DNA of 64,000 bases from Rikenellaceae bacterium (GTDB lineage Bacteria > Bacteroidota > Bacteroidia > Bacteroidales > Rikenellaceae): assembly GCA_044433805.1 (NCBI GenBank), contig JAWXTD010000004.1, positions 418 through 64,417 on the forward strand, read 5' to 3'. The notes below the pieces were generated by a model. The model saw nothing but the letters and a program-made list of their open reading frames with translations, was not told the DNA's origin and did no database searches. Shown here in pieces: positions 20,270-30,808 of this stretch (position 1 is its first letter; the number at the start of each line of letters is the position of its first letter). The translations under genes and the position numbers were made by a program.

Positions 20270-20983
20270 ATGAATGTAGCAATCATAGGATACGGTAAAA
20301 TGGGTCGTGAGATCGAACAAATACTCATCGAGCGCGGCCACTCAATAGCAGCAATCATCGATGTCGACAACCACTCAGATTTAACCTCGTCGGCGTTTGC
20401 AGCGGCCGATGTGGCCATAGAATTTACCACACCTCACACCGCATATGAAAATCTTGTGGCATCTTTAGAGGCTGGTGTGGCAGTAGTCAGTGGCACAACA
20501 GGTTGGTTGGAGCACTTCGAAGATATCAAGAAATTGTGTGCCGAGCGCAACGGAGGATTCTTCTACGCCTCAAACTACAGCCTAGGTGTAAACCTCACAT
20601 TCCGCCTAAACAAAATCCTTGCGGCGATGATCAACCCAATCAAGGGATACAAAGTCGAGATCGAGGAGACACACCACATCCATAAATTAGATGCTCCCAG
20701 CGGCACTGCAATCACACTTGCCGAGGGAATAATCGACGAGTTAGATTCAAAAAATAGCTGGGTAAACGACACAGAGCCTGCCGCAGACCAAATCGAGATA
20801 CTCTCAAAACGTATTGGCGAGACCCCCGGAATACACTCGGTTATCTACGACTCTGCGGAAGATACAATAGAGTTAAAACATACAATCAAAAGCCGACGTG
20901 CGCTTGCAATGGGTGCGGTTGTTGCAGCAGAGTTCCTTTGTGGCAAAAAAGGCGTATACTCGATGGACGATTTATTGAAATAG
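20270..20983 (+). CDS. dapB: 4-hydroxy-tetrahydrodipicolinate reductase
   Basis: GYGKMG, VSGTTGW, ETHHIHKLDAPSGTA. Confidence 0.96.
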   Translation: MNVAIIGYGKMGREIEQILIERGHSIAAIIDVDNHSDLTSSAFAAADVAIEFTTPHTAYENLVASLEAGVAVVSGTTGWLEHFEDIKKLCAERNGGFFYASNYSLGVNLTFRLNKILAAMINPIKGYKVEIEETHHIHKLDAPSGTAITLAEGIIDELDSKNSWVNDTEPAADQIEILSKRIGETPGIHSVIYDSAEDTIELKHTIKSRRALAMGAVVAAEFLCGKKGVYSMDDLLK

Positions 20984-20995
20984 AAAAATATCATT

Positions 20996-22351
20996 ATGAA
21001 TAAAATAAAGGCATTTTTTGCCAATAAGTGGGTCGGTTTTGCTCTAGCAACAACCCTATATATATTATGGTTTGTTCTCTGGACGCGTAGCCTTTGGGCA
21101 CTTCTGGGCGTAATTGTAATCTACGACCTATACATCTCAAAGAAGATCCACAAATATATCGGCTCACGTAATAAAGAATTATGTAAAAAGAGTAAGGTTT
21201 ACAACTCAATTTATGAGTGGGTGAATTCGATAATCTTTGCCGTTGTGGTAGCAACGATCATCCACACATACGTTTTTCAGTTGTATGTGATTCCAACCTC
21301 ATCGATGGAAAAGTCGCTCTTGGTTGGTGATTACCTATATGTAAGCAAGGTGGCCTATGGTCCAAAGATGCCCAATACACCTATCTCGTTCCCCTTTGTG
21401 CACCACACACTACCCTTCTCGACGACCAAACCATCATTCTCGGAGCGTGTGAAGTGGGGGTATAATCGCCTAGCGGGAATCAAAGAGGTTGAGCGCGGAG
21501 ATGTAGTTGTATTTAACTTTCCAGCAGGCGACACGGTTCTGCTAGAGAATCAAGGAGTTACATATTACGATGTGCTTCGCAGCTACCAAGCGCAATTTGG
21601 CCAAGAGCAGGGACGTGCAGAGCTATTCGATGATTTCACCGTGATCACTCGACCTGTCGACAAACGCGAAAATTACGTTAAGCGTTGCGTTGCGGTTGGT
21701 GGAGATACAATTAAAATTGTCGACACGAAACTTTTTATCAACGGCATCGAGGAGGAGTACAACGACACTCGCCAATTTATTTATGGCGTGCAGACAACCT
21801 CACCAATCAGCAATGCCATACTTGAAAAATTGCAAATCACCGAGGCCTATGGCAATGGATCGATGTATCAAATGCCACTTAGCGACTCAAAAGCCGAGGA
21901 GATAAGCAAGCTGCCAAACGTAATTGCAGTGACAAAATACGTTGCTCAAGGCTCGAACCCCGATATTTTCCCTTCCGATGATCGCTACGCATGGAACCAA
22001 GATAACTTCGGAGAGTTGTGGGTGCCTGAGCGTGGAACAACTATCGATCTCACGCTTGAAAACCTACCCTTCTACGAGCGAATCATTGATGTATACGAAG
22101 GCAACGATCTGCGCGTGGATGGAGACAAAATATTTATCAACGATCAAGAGGCATCGACCTATACATTCAAAATGAACTATTACTGGATGATGGGCGACAA
22201 TAGACACAACTCAGCAGACTCGCGCTTTTGGGGCTTTGTTCCTGAGGACCACGTTGTTGGACGCGCAGCAGTAATCATGCTTTCATTAGATACTAATGGC
22301 TCATTCCCTTCGAATATACGTTGGAATAGAGTATTTAAATCAGTTAAGTAG
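20996..22351 (+). CDS. lepB: Signal peptidase I (long Bacteroidota type)
   Basis: IPTSSME (Ser), YVKRCVA (Lys), GDNRHNSADSRFWG; N-terminal TMs. Confidence 0.95.
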   Translation: MNKIKAFFANKWVGFALATTLYILWFVLWTRSLWALLGVIVIYDLYISKKIHKYIGSRNKELCKKSKVYNSIYEWVNSIIFAVVVATIIHTYVFQLYVIPTSSMEKSLLVGDYLYVSKVAYGPKMPNTPISFPFVHHTLPFSTTKPSFSERVKWGYNRLAGIKEVERGDVVVFNFPAGDTVLLENQGVTYYDVLRSYQAQFGQEQGRAELFDDFTVITRPVDKRENYVKRCVAVGGDTIKIVDTKLFINGIEEEYNDTRQFIYGVQTTSPISNAILEKLQITEAYGNGSMYQMPLSDSKAEEISKLPNVIAVTKYVAQGSNPDIFPSDDRYAWNQDNFGELWVPERGTTIDLTLENLPFYERIIDVYEGNDLRVDGDKIFINDQEASTYTFKMNYYWMMGDNRHNSADSRFWGFVPEDHVVGRAAVIMLSLDTNGSFPSNIRWNRVFKSVK

Positions 22352-22356
22352 AGGCT

Positions 22357-22968
22357 GTGCAGGAGGATACATATAAAACAATTTTGACCGACGCCGAGGC
22401 ACTTTACAAAGAGAAGAGCAGTAAATTTCTAATCTATGCCTATCACATCGAAAGTGAGGAGCAGGTAAAGGAGTACCTCGAGCCGCTGCGCAAACTCCAC
22501 TACGATGCCACTCACCACTGCTATGCATGGCGAGTTGGCTTTCGAGGCGAGAAATTCAGAGCCAACGACGACGGCGAACCATCGAGTACAGCCGGAAAAC
22601 CAATCCTGGGTCAATTAATTTCGCACCAGGTGACCAATTGCTTGATTGTTGTTGTTCGATATTTCGGAGGTACCAAACTCGGAGTTTCGGGCTTGATTGA
22701 AGCATATCGAGACTCGGCAGCATTAGTTTTGCAGCAGGCGCAGATCGTTGAACTAACAATTGATGTGATAATCGACGTCGATTTTTCATATCTCTCGATG
22801 AACTCGGTGATGAGGATAATCAAGGAGGAGCAACCAAAGATCATATCGCAAGAGTTCGACAATTTATGCCGCATGCGACTAGCTATACGTGAATCAAAAT
22901 CGGAGATATTGATATCTAAATTGAATAAAGTTGAGGGTGTAATCCTCGAAGTTTGCAATGAAGAGTAG
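22357..22968 (+). CDS. YigZ/IMPACT family protein
   Basis: KEKSSKF, ATHHCYA, DDGEPSSTAGKP, VVRYFGGTKLG. GTG start. Confidence 0.92.
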   Translation: MQEDTYKTILTDAEALYKEKSSKFLIYAYHIESEEQVKEYLEPLRKLHYDATHHCYAWRVGFRGEKFRANDDGEPSSTAGKPILGQLISHQVTNCLIVVVRYFGGTKLGVSGLIEAYRDSAALVLQQAQIVELTIDVIIDVDFSYLSMNSVMRIIKEEQPKIISQEFDNLCRMRLAIRESKSEILISKLNKVEGVILEVCNEE

Positions 22969-25753
22969 AGACAAAAAGAGCATAACAATCAGAGGTGCAC
23001 GTGTGCACAACCTCAAGAATATCGACGTAGATATTCCTCACAACACATTGGTGGTGGTGACAGGATTATCTGGTTCGGGTAAATCGACATTGGCTTTCGA
23101 CACTATTTTTGCCGAAGGCCAACGTCGCTATGTGGAGTCGTTATCGTCGTATGCTCGCCAATTCTTGGGCCGTGTGAGCAAGCCCGACGTTGATCTGATC
23201 GAAGGAATCGCTCCAGCAATTGCCATCGAACAGAAGGTGAGCAGCAAGAACCCTCGCTCGACAGTGGGCACAACAACCGAAATTTATGACTATCTCAAGC
23301 TGCTTTTCGCACGCATTGGACACACATTTTCGCCCATCTCGGGCGACGAGGTTACATGTCATTCGGTGGACGATGTTGCATCACACATAAGTTCGTTTGG
23401 CGATGGTGCCAGGGTTATGATATGCGCTCCATTGGCCGTAAATGAGAATCAAGGGGTGATCGAAAAACTATTGGAATTTATGTCCGATGGACTCCTTCGC
23501 GTATATGTAAATGGTCAGATGATGATGATCGAAGAGTTTATCCCAACCATCGACAAAGAGGATCAACTCAAAGATATTCTGGTAGTTATCGATCGTGTGA
23601 AGATATCGACCGACGATGATGGACAGAGCCGCCTTAGGGACTCAATTGCACGCGCATATTCATATGGTGATGGATTGCTCACAACCATTCACGAAGGCCT
23701 AGAGCGCTCATTTTCGTCACGATTCGAGGCCGACGGCATAGAGTTCGAACAACCCACAGAGCATCTTTTCAGCTTTAATAACCCTATTGGAGCGTGTCCA
23801 AAGTGCGAGGGATATGGCAAAACTATAGGCATTGACGAAGATCTGGTAATTCCCGACAAACGTCGAACAATATATGAAGATGCTGTGGCTTGCTGGCGTG
23901 GCGAGACTATGCGCCGCTGGAAGATGCAGCTAGTCTTAAATGCCCCAAAATTCAACTTTCCGGTTCACACGCCATACTACGAATTAACACGTGAAGAGCG
24001 ACTATTGCTTTGGAGTGGAAATGAGTACTTCGAAGGCCTGAATCAATTCTTTGAGTATCTCGATTCCGAAAAGCGAAAGATTCAATTCAGAGTGATGAAA
24101 TCTCGCTACACGGGCAAAACAATATGTTCGGAGTGTGGTGGCAGTAGGTTGCGCAAGGAGGCTCTTTATGTTAAAGTTGCAGGATACACCATTGCCGATT
24201 TGGTGATGATGAGCATCGATAAGCTCATCGAACTGCTCGACGCTATCGAGCTCGATGAGTACGACACTCACACCTCTTCGCGAGTATTTATCGAAATTCG
24301 CAACCGCTTACAATACCTCACCGACGTTGGATTGGGATATCTCACCCTGGATCGTTTGAGCTCCACCCTTTCGGGAGGTGAGTCGCAGAGAATTAACCTC
24401 TCTACATCGCTGGGTAGCAACCTCACAGGCTCGCTATATATCCTCGATGAACCTAGTATTGGTCTGCATCCGCGTGATACACACCGCTTAATTAAGGTAC
24501 TCAAGGAGCTTCGCGACATAGGTAATACGGTAATCGTAGTCGAGCACGAAGAGGAGGTAATTCGTGCCGCAGATCACATTATCGACGTCGGCCCGCAAGC
24601 GGGATACCTAGGTGGTCAAATTGTGTTTAACGGCAATTTCAAAGATCTACTCCACTCAAAAGAGTCGCTCACAGCGGCATACTTAAATGGAACTATGAGC
24701 ATTGAACCACCCCACTCGCGCCGCTCGCCAGCAGGAAAAATAGTTATCAAAGGAGCACGCGAAAATAACCTTAAAGGTGTTGATGTGACCATTCCGCTAG
24801 GAGTAATGAGCTGCATAACGGGCGTTAGCGGGTCGGGTAAATCGTCGCTCGTTAAGGCTATTTTATACCCCGCTCTGCGACGTCATCTGCACGAAAGTGG
24901 AAATCGCCCGGGCTCGTTCGATTCGCTCGAGGGCGACCTAAACCTTCTTACGGCTGTCGAGATGATCGACCAAAACCCAATTGGAAAATCATCGCGCTCG
25001 AACCCGGTAACCTACATCAAAGCGTACGACGAAATCCGCAAGCTCTTTGCCGATCAACCATACGCTCGCCACACGGGGCTAACGGCATCGTCATTCTCTT
25101 TCAATATGGCTGGAGGTCGCTGCGAAGAGTGTCAGGGTGAGGGAGTTATCAAGGTTGGAATGCAATTTATGGCCGATGTCACACTCACATGCGAGGCGTG
25201 CAAAGGTAAGCGATTCAAGGCCGAAGTGTTAGAAAATAGTTATCGCGGCAAGAATATATTCGATATTCTTGAGCTAACGATCAATGAGGCTATGGAGTTC
25301 TTCGCACAAGATAAAGGCTCGACAGCCAAACGCATTGTTGAGCGAATTCGACCTCTTCAAGAGGTGGGATTGGGATATGTGAAGTTGGGGCAATCATCAT
25401 CGACGCTCTCGGGAGGCGAATCGCAACGTGTGAAATTGGCATCGTTCCTAGGTCGCGAAAATAGCTCGGAGAGGATAATGTTTATCTTCGACGAGCCGAC
25501 AACAGGACTTCACTTCCACGATATCAACCGCCTGCTCAAGGCTCTAAATGCACTAGTTTCTCGAGGCCATTCGGTAGTTATTGTCGAGCATAATATGGAT
25601 GTTATAAAGTGCGCCGATTGGATCGTCGACATTGGCCCCGAGGCGGGTGACAATGGTGGGCAGATCCTCTTCGAAGGTCGAGCAGATGAGTTAATAGGCA
25701 TCGAAGAGAGTCACACCGCAAAATTTTTAAGAGCAAACCTACAACGCAAATAA
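22958..25753 (+). CDS. uvrA: Excinuclease ABC subunit A
   Basis: GARVHNLKN, two ABC cassettes (GLSGSGKS, GVSGSGKS; LSGGESQR twice), Zn modules CPKC/CSEC and CEEC/CEAC. Confidence 0.96.
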   Translation: MKSRDKKSITIRGARVHNLKNIDVDIPHNTLVVVTGLSGSGKSTLAFDTIFAEGQRRYVESLSSYARQFLGRVSKPDVDLIEGIAPAIAIEQKVSSKNPRSTVGTTTEIYDYLKLLFARIGHTFSPISGDEVTCHSVDDVASHISSFGDGARVMICAPLAVNENQGVIEKLLEFMSDGLLRVYVNGQMMMIEEFIPTIDKEDQLKDILVVIDRVKISTDDDGQSRLRDSIARAYSYGDGLLTTIHEGLERSFSSRFEADGIEFEQPTEHLFSFNNPIGACPKCEGYGKTIGIDEDLVIPDKRRTIYEDAVACWRGETMRRWKMQLVLNAPKFNFPVHTPYYELTREERLLLWSGNEYFEGLNQFFEYLDSEKRKIQFRVMKSRYTGKTICSECGGSRLRKEALYVKVAGYTIADLVMMSIDKLIELLDAIELDEYDTHTSSRVFIEIRNRLQYLTDVGLGYLTLDRLSSTLSGGESQRINLSTSLGSNLTGSLYILDEPSIGLHPRDTHRLIKVLKELRDIGNTVIVVEHEEEVIRAADHIIDVGPQAGYLGGQIVFNGNFKDLLHSKESLTAAYLNGTMSIEPPHSRRSPAGKIVIKGARENNLKGVDVTIPLGVMSCITGVSGSGKSSLVKAILYPALRRHLHESGNRPGSFDSLEGDLNLLTAVEMIDQNPIGKSSRSNPVTYIKAYDEIRKLFADQPYARHTGLTASSFSFNMAGGRCEECQGEGVIKVGMQFMADVTLTCEACKGKRFKAEVLENSYRGKNIFDILELTINEAMEFFAQDKGSTAKRIVERIRPLQEVGLGYVKLGQSSSTLSGGESQRVKLASFLGRENSSERIMFIFDEPTTGLHFHDINRLLKALNALVSRGHSVVIVEHNMDVIKCADWIVDIGPEAGDNGGQILFEGRADELIGIEESHTAKFLRANLQRK

Positions 25754-26967
25754 TGGAGTTTTACACCTACATACTACCCAATGGAATCAGAGGAATACAC
25801 CGCCAAACAAAGAGCTGTGTGGCCCACTGTGGATTATTAATAAATGCCGGAACACGCGACGAGATGAAGGGCGAAATAGGTCTGGCGCACTTTGCCGAAC
25901 ACTCTATTTTCAAAGGCACAGAGCGCAGAAAGGCCTATCAAGTAAATTGCCGATTAGAGAATCTAGGTGGTGAGCTCAACGCCTTCACAACCAAAGAGGA
26001 TACAACGATTCATGCCACAACCCTGCGAGCAGATTTCAGCAAGGCCGTAGAGTTGATCTCCGATATCGCCTTCCACTCGACATTCCCACAAAAGGAGTTG
26101 GAGCGCGAAAAGGAGGTGATATATGACGAGATCAACACATACAAAGACTCCCCCTCGGAGCTGATATACGACACATTCGAAGAGTTGGTCTTTAAAGATT
26201 CCGAGTTGGGTCACAATATTTTAGGTCTAAAACGTGATATCAAGAGGTTTACGGGCGACTCAATTCGCAACTTTGCCGCACGCTGCTACACAACCGATCA
26301 GATGGTATTCTCGTCAATAGGCAACATTTCGCCAAAACGTGCCGAGGCAATTGCTATGCGCTATTTTGGTGATATTCCAGCGTCTTCTCGCAGATTCCAG
26401 AGGGTGGCACCAGCACCGATGATCCAATTCAATGAGAGCCTCAAGCGCCATACTCACCAAACGCACTGCATGATAGGCTCGAGAGCATATGGCATTAGCG
26501 AGCGAAAACGACTGCCACTATCGCTCCTGATCAATATTCTTGGTGGCCCTTGCGCCAACTCCGTTCTCAATACGGTTGTGCGTGAGCGTCATGGACTTAC
26601 CTATAACATCGAGGCCTCGTATACGCCCTATGTCGATAGCGGATTGGTAGCAATATATTTCGGCGCGGAGCGCAACAATACCGACAAGGTGATCGAACTT
26701 ATCGATAACGAGCTCTCGAAATTATGCCGAACACCTCTCACCACACGTCAACTATCGATGGCAAAGAAACAATTTGCAGCCCAAGTAGCTATCTCGACCG
26801 AGAGCAACGAGGGTTATATGCTTGGAGTGGGTAAGAGCTATTTGGTACATGGACAGGTCGACACAACCGAAGAGGTCTACCGCAAGGTTATGTCGCTCAC
26901 ATCAGCCGAAATTATAGATGTGGCCAATGAAATATTCCACGAAAAATCAACTTTAATATATCAATAA
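25753..26967 (+). CDS. M16 family (pitrilysin-like) zinc peptidase
   Basis: Inverted HxxEH motif (HFAEH), LNAFTTKE, EREKEVI.DEI. Confidence 0.92.
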   Translation: MEFYTYILPNGIRGIHRQTKSCVAHCGLLINAGTRDEMKGEIGLAHFAEHSIFKGTERRKAYQVNCRLENLGGELNAFTTKEDTTIHATTLRADFSKAVELISDIAFHSTFPQKELEREKEVIYDEINTYKDSPSELIYDTFEELVFKDSELGHNILGLKRDIKRFTGDSIRNFAARCYTTDQMVFSSIGNISPKRAEAIAMRYFGDIPASSRRFQRVAPAPMIQFNESLKRHTHQTHCMIGSRAYGISERKRLPLSLLINILGGPCANSVLNTVVRERHGLTYNIEASYTPYVDSGLVAIYFGAERNNTDKVIELIDNELSKLCRTPLTTRQLSMAKKQFAAQVAISTESNEGYMLGVGKSYLVHGQVDTTEEVYRKVMSLTSAEIIDVANEIFHEKSTLIYQ

Positions 26968-27605
26968 TGGATCTCTTAGAACAATATATTCACGCCCACA
27001 CATCACCCGAAGATGCTTTATTGCATGAGCTCGACCGACAAACAAACCTGCGTGTGGTGCAACCACGCATGATATCGGGGCACATTCAAGGCAAGCTCCT
27101 TGAACTGTTGGTTCGTATGCAGCGCCCGAAGCGCATTCTGGAGATTGGAACTTTCACTGGTTACTCGGCATTGTGCTTGGCTGCCGGCTTGGAAGATGGA
27201 GCTGAGCTACACACAATTGAGGTTGACGATGAGTTAGAGTCGTTTGCCGCAGAGTTCTTTGCCAAAAGCATACACTCAGCGAAGATTCATCAGCATATTG
27301 GTTCGGCGCTCGAAGTGGTACCAGCATTGGGCGGACACTTCGACATGGTCTTTATGGATGGCGATAAGCGAGAATACCCGGCATATTACAACATGCTATT
27401 CGAGTCGGGTGTTATTGGCCACGGGTCACTCTTGATTGCCGACAATATTTTATGGTCGGGCAAGGTTGTCGAACCCTTGCACCACAACGACAAGCATACA
27501 AAAGCACTGTTGGAATTCAACGCGATGGTGCAAGAGGACCCTCGAGTTGAGAATGTGATTGTTCCTATACGCGATGGATTGACGCTTATATATGTTAGGA
27601 GTTAG
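26967..27605 (+). CDS. SAM-dependent O-methyltransferase (Methyltransf_3)
   Basis: LEIGTFTGYSAL, FMDGDK, ADNILWSG, PIRDG. Confidence 0.92.
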   Translation: MDLLEQYIHAHTSPEDALLHELDRQTNLRVVQPRMISGHIQGKLLELLVRMQRPKRILEIGTFTGYSALCLAAGLEDGAELHTIEVDDELESFAAEFFAKSIHSAKIHQHIGSALEVVPALGGHFDMVFMDGDKREYPAYYNMLFESGVIGHGSLLIADNILWSGKVVEPLHHNDKHTKALLEFNAMVQEDPRVENVIVPIRDGLTLIYVRS

Positions 27606-27660
27606 GAGTTAGGAGTTAGGAGTTAGGAGTTAGGAGTTAGGAGTTAGGAGTTAGGAGTTA
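27594..27660. repeat. Perfect heptamer tandem repeat (GTTAGGA)x9 + GTTA
   Basis: Read directly: 67 bp with no mismatches, filling the whole gap between two convergent genes. Confidence 0.98.
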
Positions 27661-28368
27661 CAGCCCTTTTGATTTTACCTCGAGCAGCATATCGATATGC
27701 TTGCTTGATAGTTTCACACGTTTTATACGCTCCGAAAAACTGCGCAGCCCATGCAGGTCTGTGCCGACAATATCATACATACCTTGCTCGAGTAGATAGA
27801 TTGCCGTTGCGGGAACTTGGCCTCCATACATTCCCATGAAGGATAATATATTTAACTGAAAGCGATAATCTTGATCTTTAAGTACGTGGTATTTATCACG
27901 AGACATATAATGGTATCGCTCCGGGTGTGCAATAATTGGCGTTATGCCTGTAGTTTTCACCTCATATAGAAGTTCATCGAAGTTTACAGGAGCCGACATA
28001 TATGATGTTTCAACCAGAATATTTGTATCTTCAATCAATCGTGCACCACGCTTGAAATGCCCCTCAAAATTGAAATCAAGCATATACTCCGAGGCTAACG
28101 AGAGTTTTATAGGCCCCTGATATGCAGCGCTCAAAGCCGCAAAACTCGACTCCACTTTTTGATCTGTATTATTCACACCGACCATTACATGAGGGGTCAA
28201 CACAACCTCCCTAAACTTCAGCTCTTCGAGGTAGCTCAAAACTGACAGCGCATTATCCTGGCCCTGAACTCCATCATCAACCGAAGGTAGTGTATGGTTA
28301 TGGTAATCCTTAAACCCCTCGAAAAAAGGGCTCTTCAGAATACTATGTTTGCGGCCAAAGAAGATCAT
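27658..28368 (-). CDS. CpsB/CapC PHP-family tyrosine-protein phosphatase (Wzb role)
   Basis: DYHNHTLPSVDDG, LTPH, AHPERY, FQLN, GTDLH. Confidence 0.9.
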   Translation of the reverse strand: MIFFGRKHSILKSPFFEGFKDYHNHTLPSVDDGVQGQDNALSVLSYLEELKFREVVLTPHVMVGVNNTDQKVESSFAALSAAYQGPIKLSLASEYMLDFNFEGHFKRGARLIEDTNILVETSYMSAPVNFDELLYEVKTTGITPIIAHPERYHYMSRDKYHVLKDQDYRFQLNILSFMGMYGGQVPATAIYLLEQGMYDIVGTDLHGLRSFSERIKRVKLSSKHIDMLLEVKSKGL

Positions 28369-28380
28369 TTTTAATCTGTA

Positions 28381-30786
28381 TTAAATTCCTAAAACACGCT
28401 TGATCCACGTAGATTTTTTGTTGTCTCCATAATTGTAGCCATAGCCGTAGCCATAACCATAGTTGTTTAGCTTGGCATCGACACCATTTAACAAAAGGGT
28501 CATGTTCTTTAGCTTCTGCGTATCGTAAAGATCTTGAACATTTGCCAAGAATCGCTTATCGAAACTTCCAGCACGAATTACATATATCGAGCGATCGCAC
28601 AGACGAGAACATATCGCCGTATCAACAACCACTCCATAGGGAGGATTATCGACCAGGATATAGTCATAACTATCTCGCAGTTCATCGAGCATCTCGGCCA
28701 ACTTTGGCCTCTTTAAGAGCTCCGAGGGGTTTGGAGGCAATACTCCCGACGAGATAATATCGAATGGACAATTTGCCGCAAAGGGGCGGATAATATCTGA
28801 AAGCGAATCTATCTTGCCACTCAAGTATTGCGAAATTCCACTCTGCTTGATACCTATGCCCGCGATTGTCGAGAGTGTTCCCTTGCGAATATCCAGATCG
28901 ACCAAAATTACCTTTGAGCCAGCCAAAGCCATACTCATTGCGATATTCACCGCGATAAATGTCTTTCCCGAATTTGGATTAAGCGATGTCATTTGAAGAA
29001 CTGTACCACGCGAGGAGTCGTCAGAACCCATAAAATCGATATTATCGCGCACAATTCTAAAGGCCTCACCCACTGCATTTCTACTGCCATCGGCTACCAC
29101 TACCCTATTCTCGGGCACTACTTTTTCGGTTGGAATCTCACCCAGGTAAGGTATTGAGACGGCACCTGATATATCTTTGCCACTCATAACAGTAGTGTTG
29201 AAGAGCGAGATGATGTATAGGACTGCGGCAGGAATCAATAGGCCAATAATCATACAGAAGAAAATAATCAGTTTCTTCTGAGGGGCAATAGGAATTGTGT
29301 TACCTTCGGCATAATCAACAATGCGACAATTACTCTCGGTGATGGAGCGTTGCAGCTCGCTCTCCTCCTTCTTGTTTAGAAGATAGAGGTATAGCTGCTC
29401 TTTGATAGTCTGCTGACGCATGATGCTAATGATATACTTTTGTTGCGTCGACATATCCTTGATTCGTCCTAGACTCTCACTCTCTTTCTTTGTGAAATTT
29501 GCACTTTGAATCTCTAGGTTTGCGATTAAGTTGTTGACCGATAGCAATATCGACGAGCGCATGCTAACCAACATAGTCTGCAGATCTATCACCATCGGGT
29601 TGTTCTCGCTACTATTAACCAATAGCTTTTGGCGACGAGTCATGCTCTCATTGTATAGTGCAATTTGAGACTGGAGCCCAGCATCGGCAATACCAAGATT
29701 CACCGGCAAGAGCGCCTCTACATTGGCATTATCTTCCAAGTACGACTTCATATATTTTGCCATACTTAGTTGATTGAGGATATTGATGCTCTCTTGGTCT
29801 ATGCGAGTCACGCTCTCCATATACATCGCACCTTGCGATGTGATATCGGTGATATTATTTTCGCGCTTAAACTTTTCGATCTGCTCATCGACCTGTGTCA
29901 AATCTGCTTCGATTATCGAAAGACGATCCTCAATGAATTTTGTTGTATTTGTGAGGATTATATTTTTATCGTTGATTGCATCGTCGCGATACACTTCAAT
30001 GAGCGTATTGATAATATCCTCAGCTCGTTGTATACTTTGATCGGTTGTTGATACCACCACAAGCGACGCATATTTATCGACCAGGGTAACTTTCAAGCGC
30101 TTTTTATAAGCATGTGCGGCATTCTTGATACTTGTTCGGCGAACTGTAATTTGCTTTCCCACACTCTGCTCGGTCATAAACAGTGTTGGCTTGATGGTAA
30201 ATTCGCCATACTCTGTGATAATAGGAGCACCCAAATTAACAACCATAGCCTCGAGTTCCACATGGTTACCCAAGCCATGGGCATTATAGAAGGTGAGTTC
30301 TGAGACTCTGGCTTGCCCCTCGCTCAATAGTTCAACGATGAAGGATAGATCTTGAGTTACGATAAGGTCTGAAAATGTAACATTTATTGGACTGGTCTTA
30401 TAGAGGTCAACCGAACGCAATTTGTCGCGAGTAATATAACGTACATCCATACCAAGACGCTCGATGACATCGTACATTAAACGATTACTCTCGAAGAGGC
30501 CAATTTCGTTGTATACCGATCCTCCACCCATGCTAAATAGCTCTTGGAAAACCGCAGCCTCACTGGTGCTTCCTCCGCGTCTTTCGTCCTCTACGATAAT
30601 TGTTGCCGAGCGAGCATATATATTTGGCTTTGTCTTTACATACAAAACTCCAAGTGCAACCATCACAATTAGCGAAAGGATAAACCATATTCGATACTGG
30701 AAGGCTATAACAAGCATATCCTTAATGCTCACATCTTCTTGAGATACGCTCTCTTGAAATTCGTTGTTATTTATATCGTTTTTCAT
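28381..30786 (-). CDS. wzc: Wzc-type polysaccharide co-polymerase / BY tyrosine autokinase
   Basis: Two TMs flanking a coiled-coil periplasmic region, EAFRIVR, PNSGKT, VDLDIRK, PPNPSELL, DNPP, C-terminal YGYGYGYNY cluster. ATG at 30786. Confidence 0.92.
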   Translation of the reverse strand: MKNDINNNEFQESVSQEDVSIKDMLVIAFQYRIWFILSLIVMVALGVLYVKTKPNIYARSATIIVEDERRGGSTSEAAVFQELFSMGGGSVYNEIGLFESNRLMYDVIERLGMDVRYITRDKLRSVDLYKTSPINVTFSDLIVTQDLSFIVELLSEGQARVSELTFYNAHGLGNHVELEAMVVNLGAPIITEYGEFTIKPTLFMTEQSVGKQITVRRTSIKNAAHAYKKRLKVTLVDKYASLVVVSTTDQSIQRAEDIINTLIEVYRDDAINDKNIILTNTTKFIEDRLSIIEADLTQVDEQIEKFKRENNITDITSQGAMYMESVTRIDQESINILNQLSMAKYMKSYLEDNANVEALLPVNLGIADAGLQSQIALYNESMTRRQKLLVNSSENNPMVIDLQTMLVSMRSSILLSVNNLIANLEIQSANFTKKESESLGRIKDMSTQQKYIISIMRQQTIKEQLYLYLLNKKEESELQRSITESNCRIVDYAEGNTIPIAPQKKLIIFFCMIIGLLIPAAVLYIISLFNTTVMSGKDISGAVSIPYLGEIPTEKVVPENRVVVADGSRNAVGEAFRIVRDNIDFMGSDDSSRGTVLQMTSLNPNSGKTFIAVNIAMSMALAGSKVILVDLDIRKGTLSTIAGIGIKQSGISQYLSGKIDSLSDIIRPFAANCPFDIISSGVLPPNPSELLKRPKLAEMLDELRDSYDYILVDNPPYGVVVDTAICSRLCDRSIYVIRAGSFDKRFLANVQDLYDTQKLKNMTLLLNGVDAKLNNYGYGYGYGYNYGDNKKSTWIKRVLGI

Positions 30787-30808
30787 CAATATTCGATTTC
30801 TAAATAAT

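Noticed and set aside
27594-27660. Repeat considered as a CRISPR array
   Set aside because: 7-bp units with no spacers, and no cas genes.
28428-28463. Imperfect hexamer repeat in wzc
   Set aside because: It simply encodes the YG tyrosine cluster of BY-kinases.
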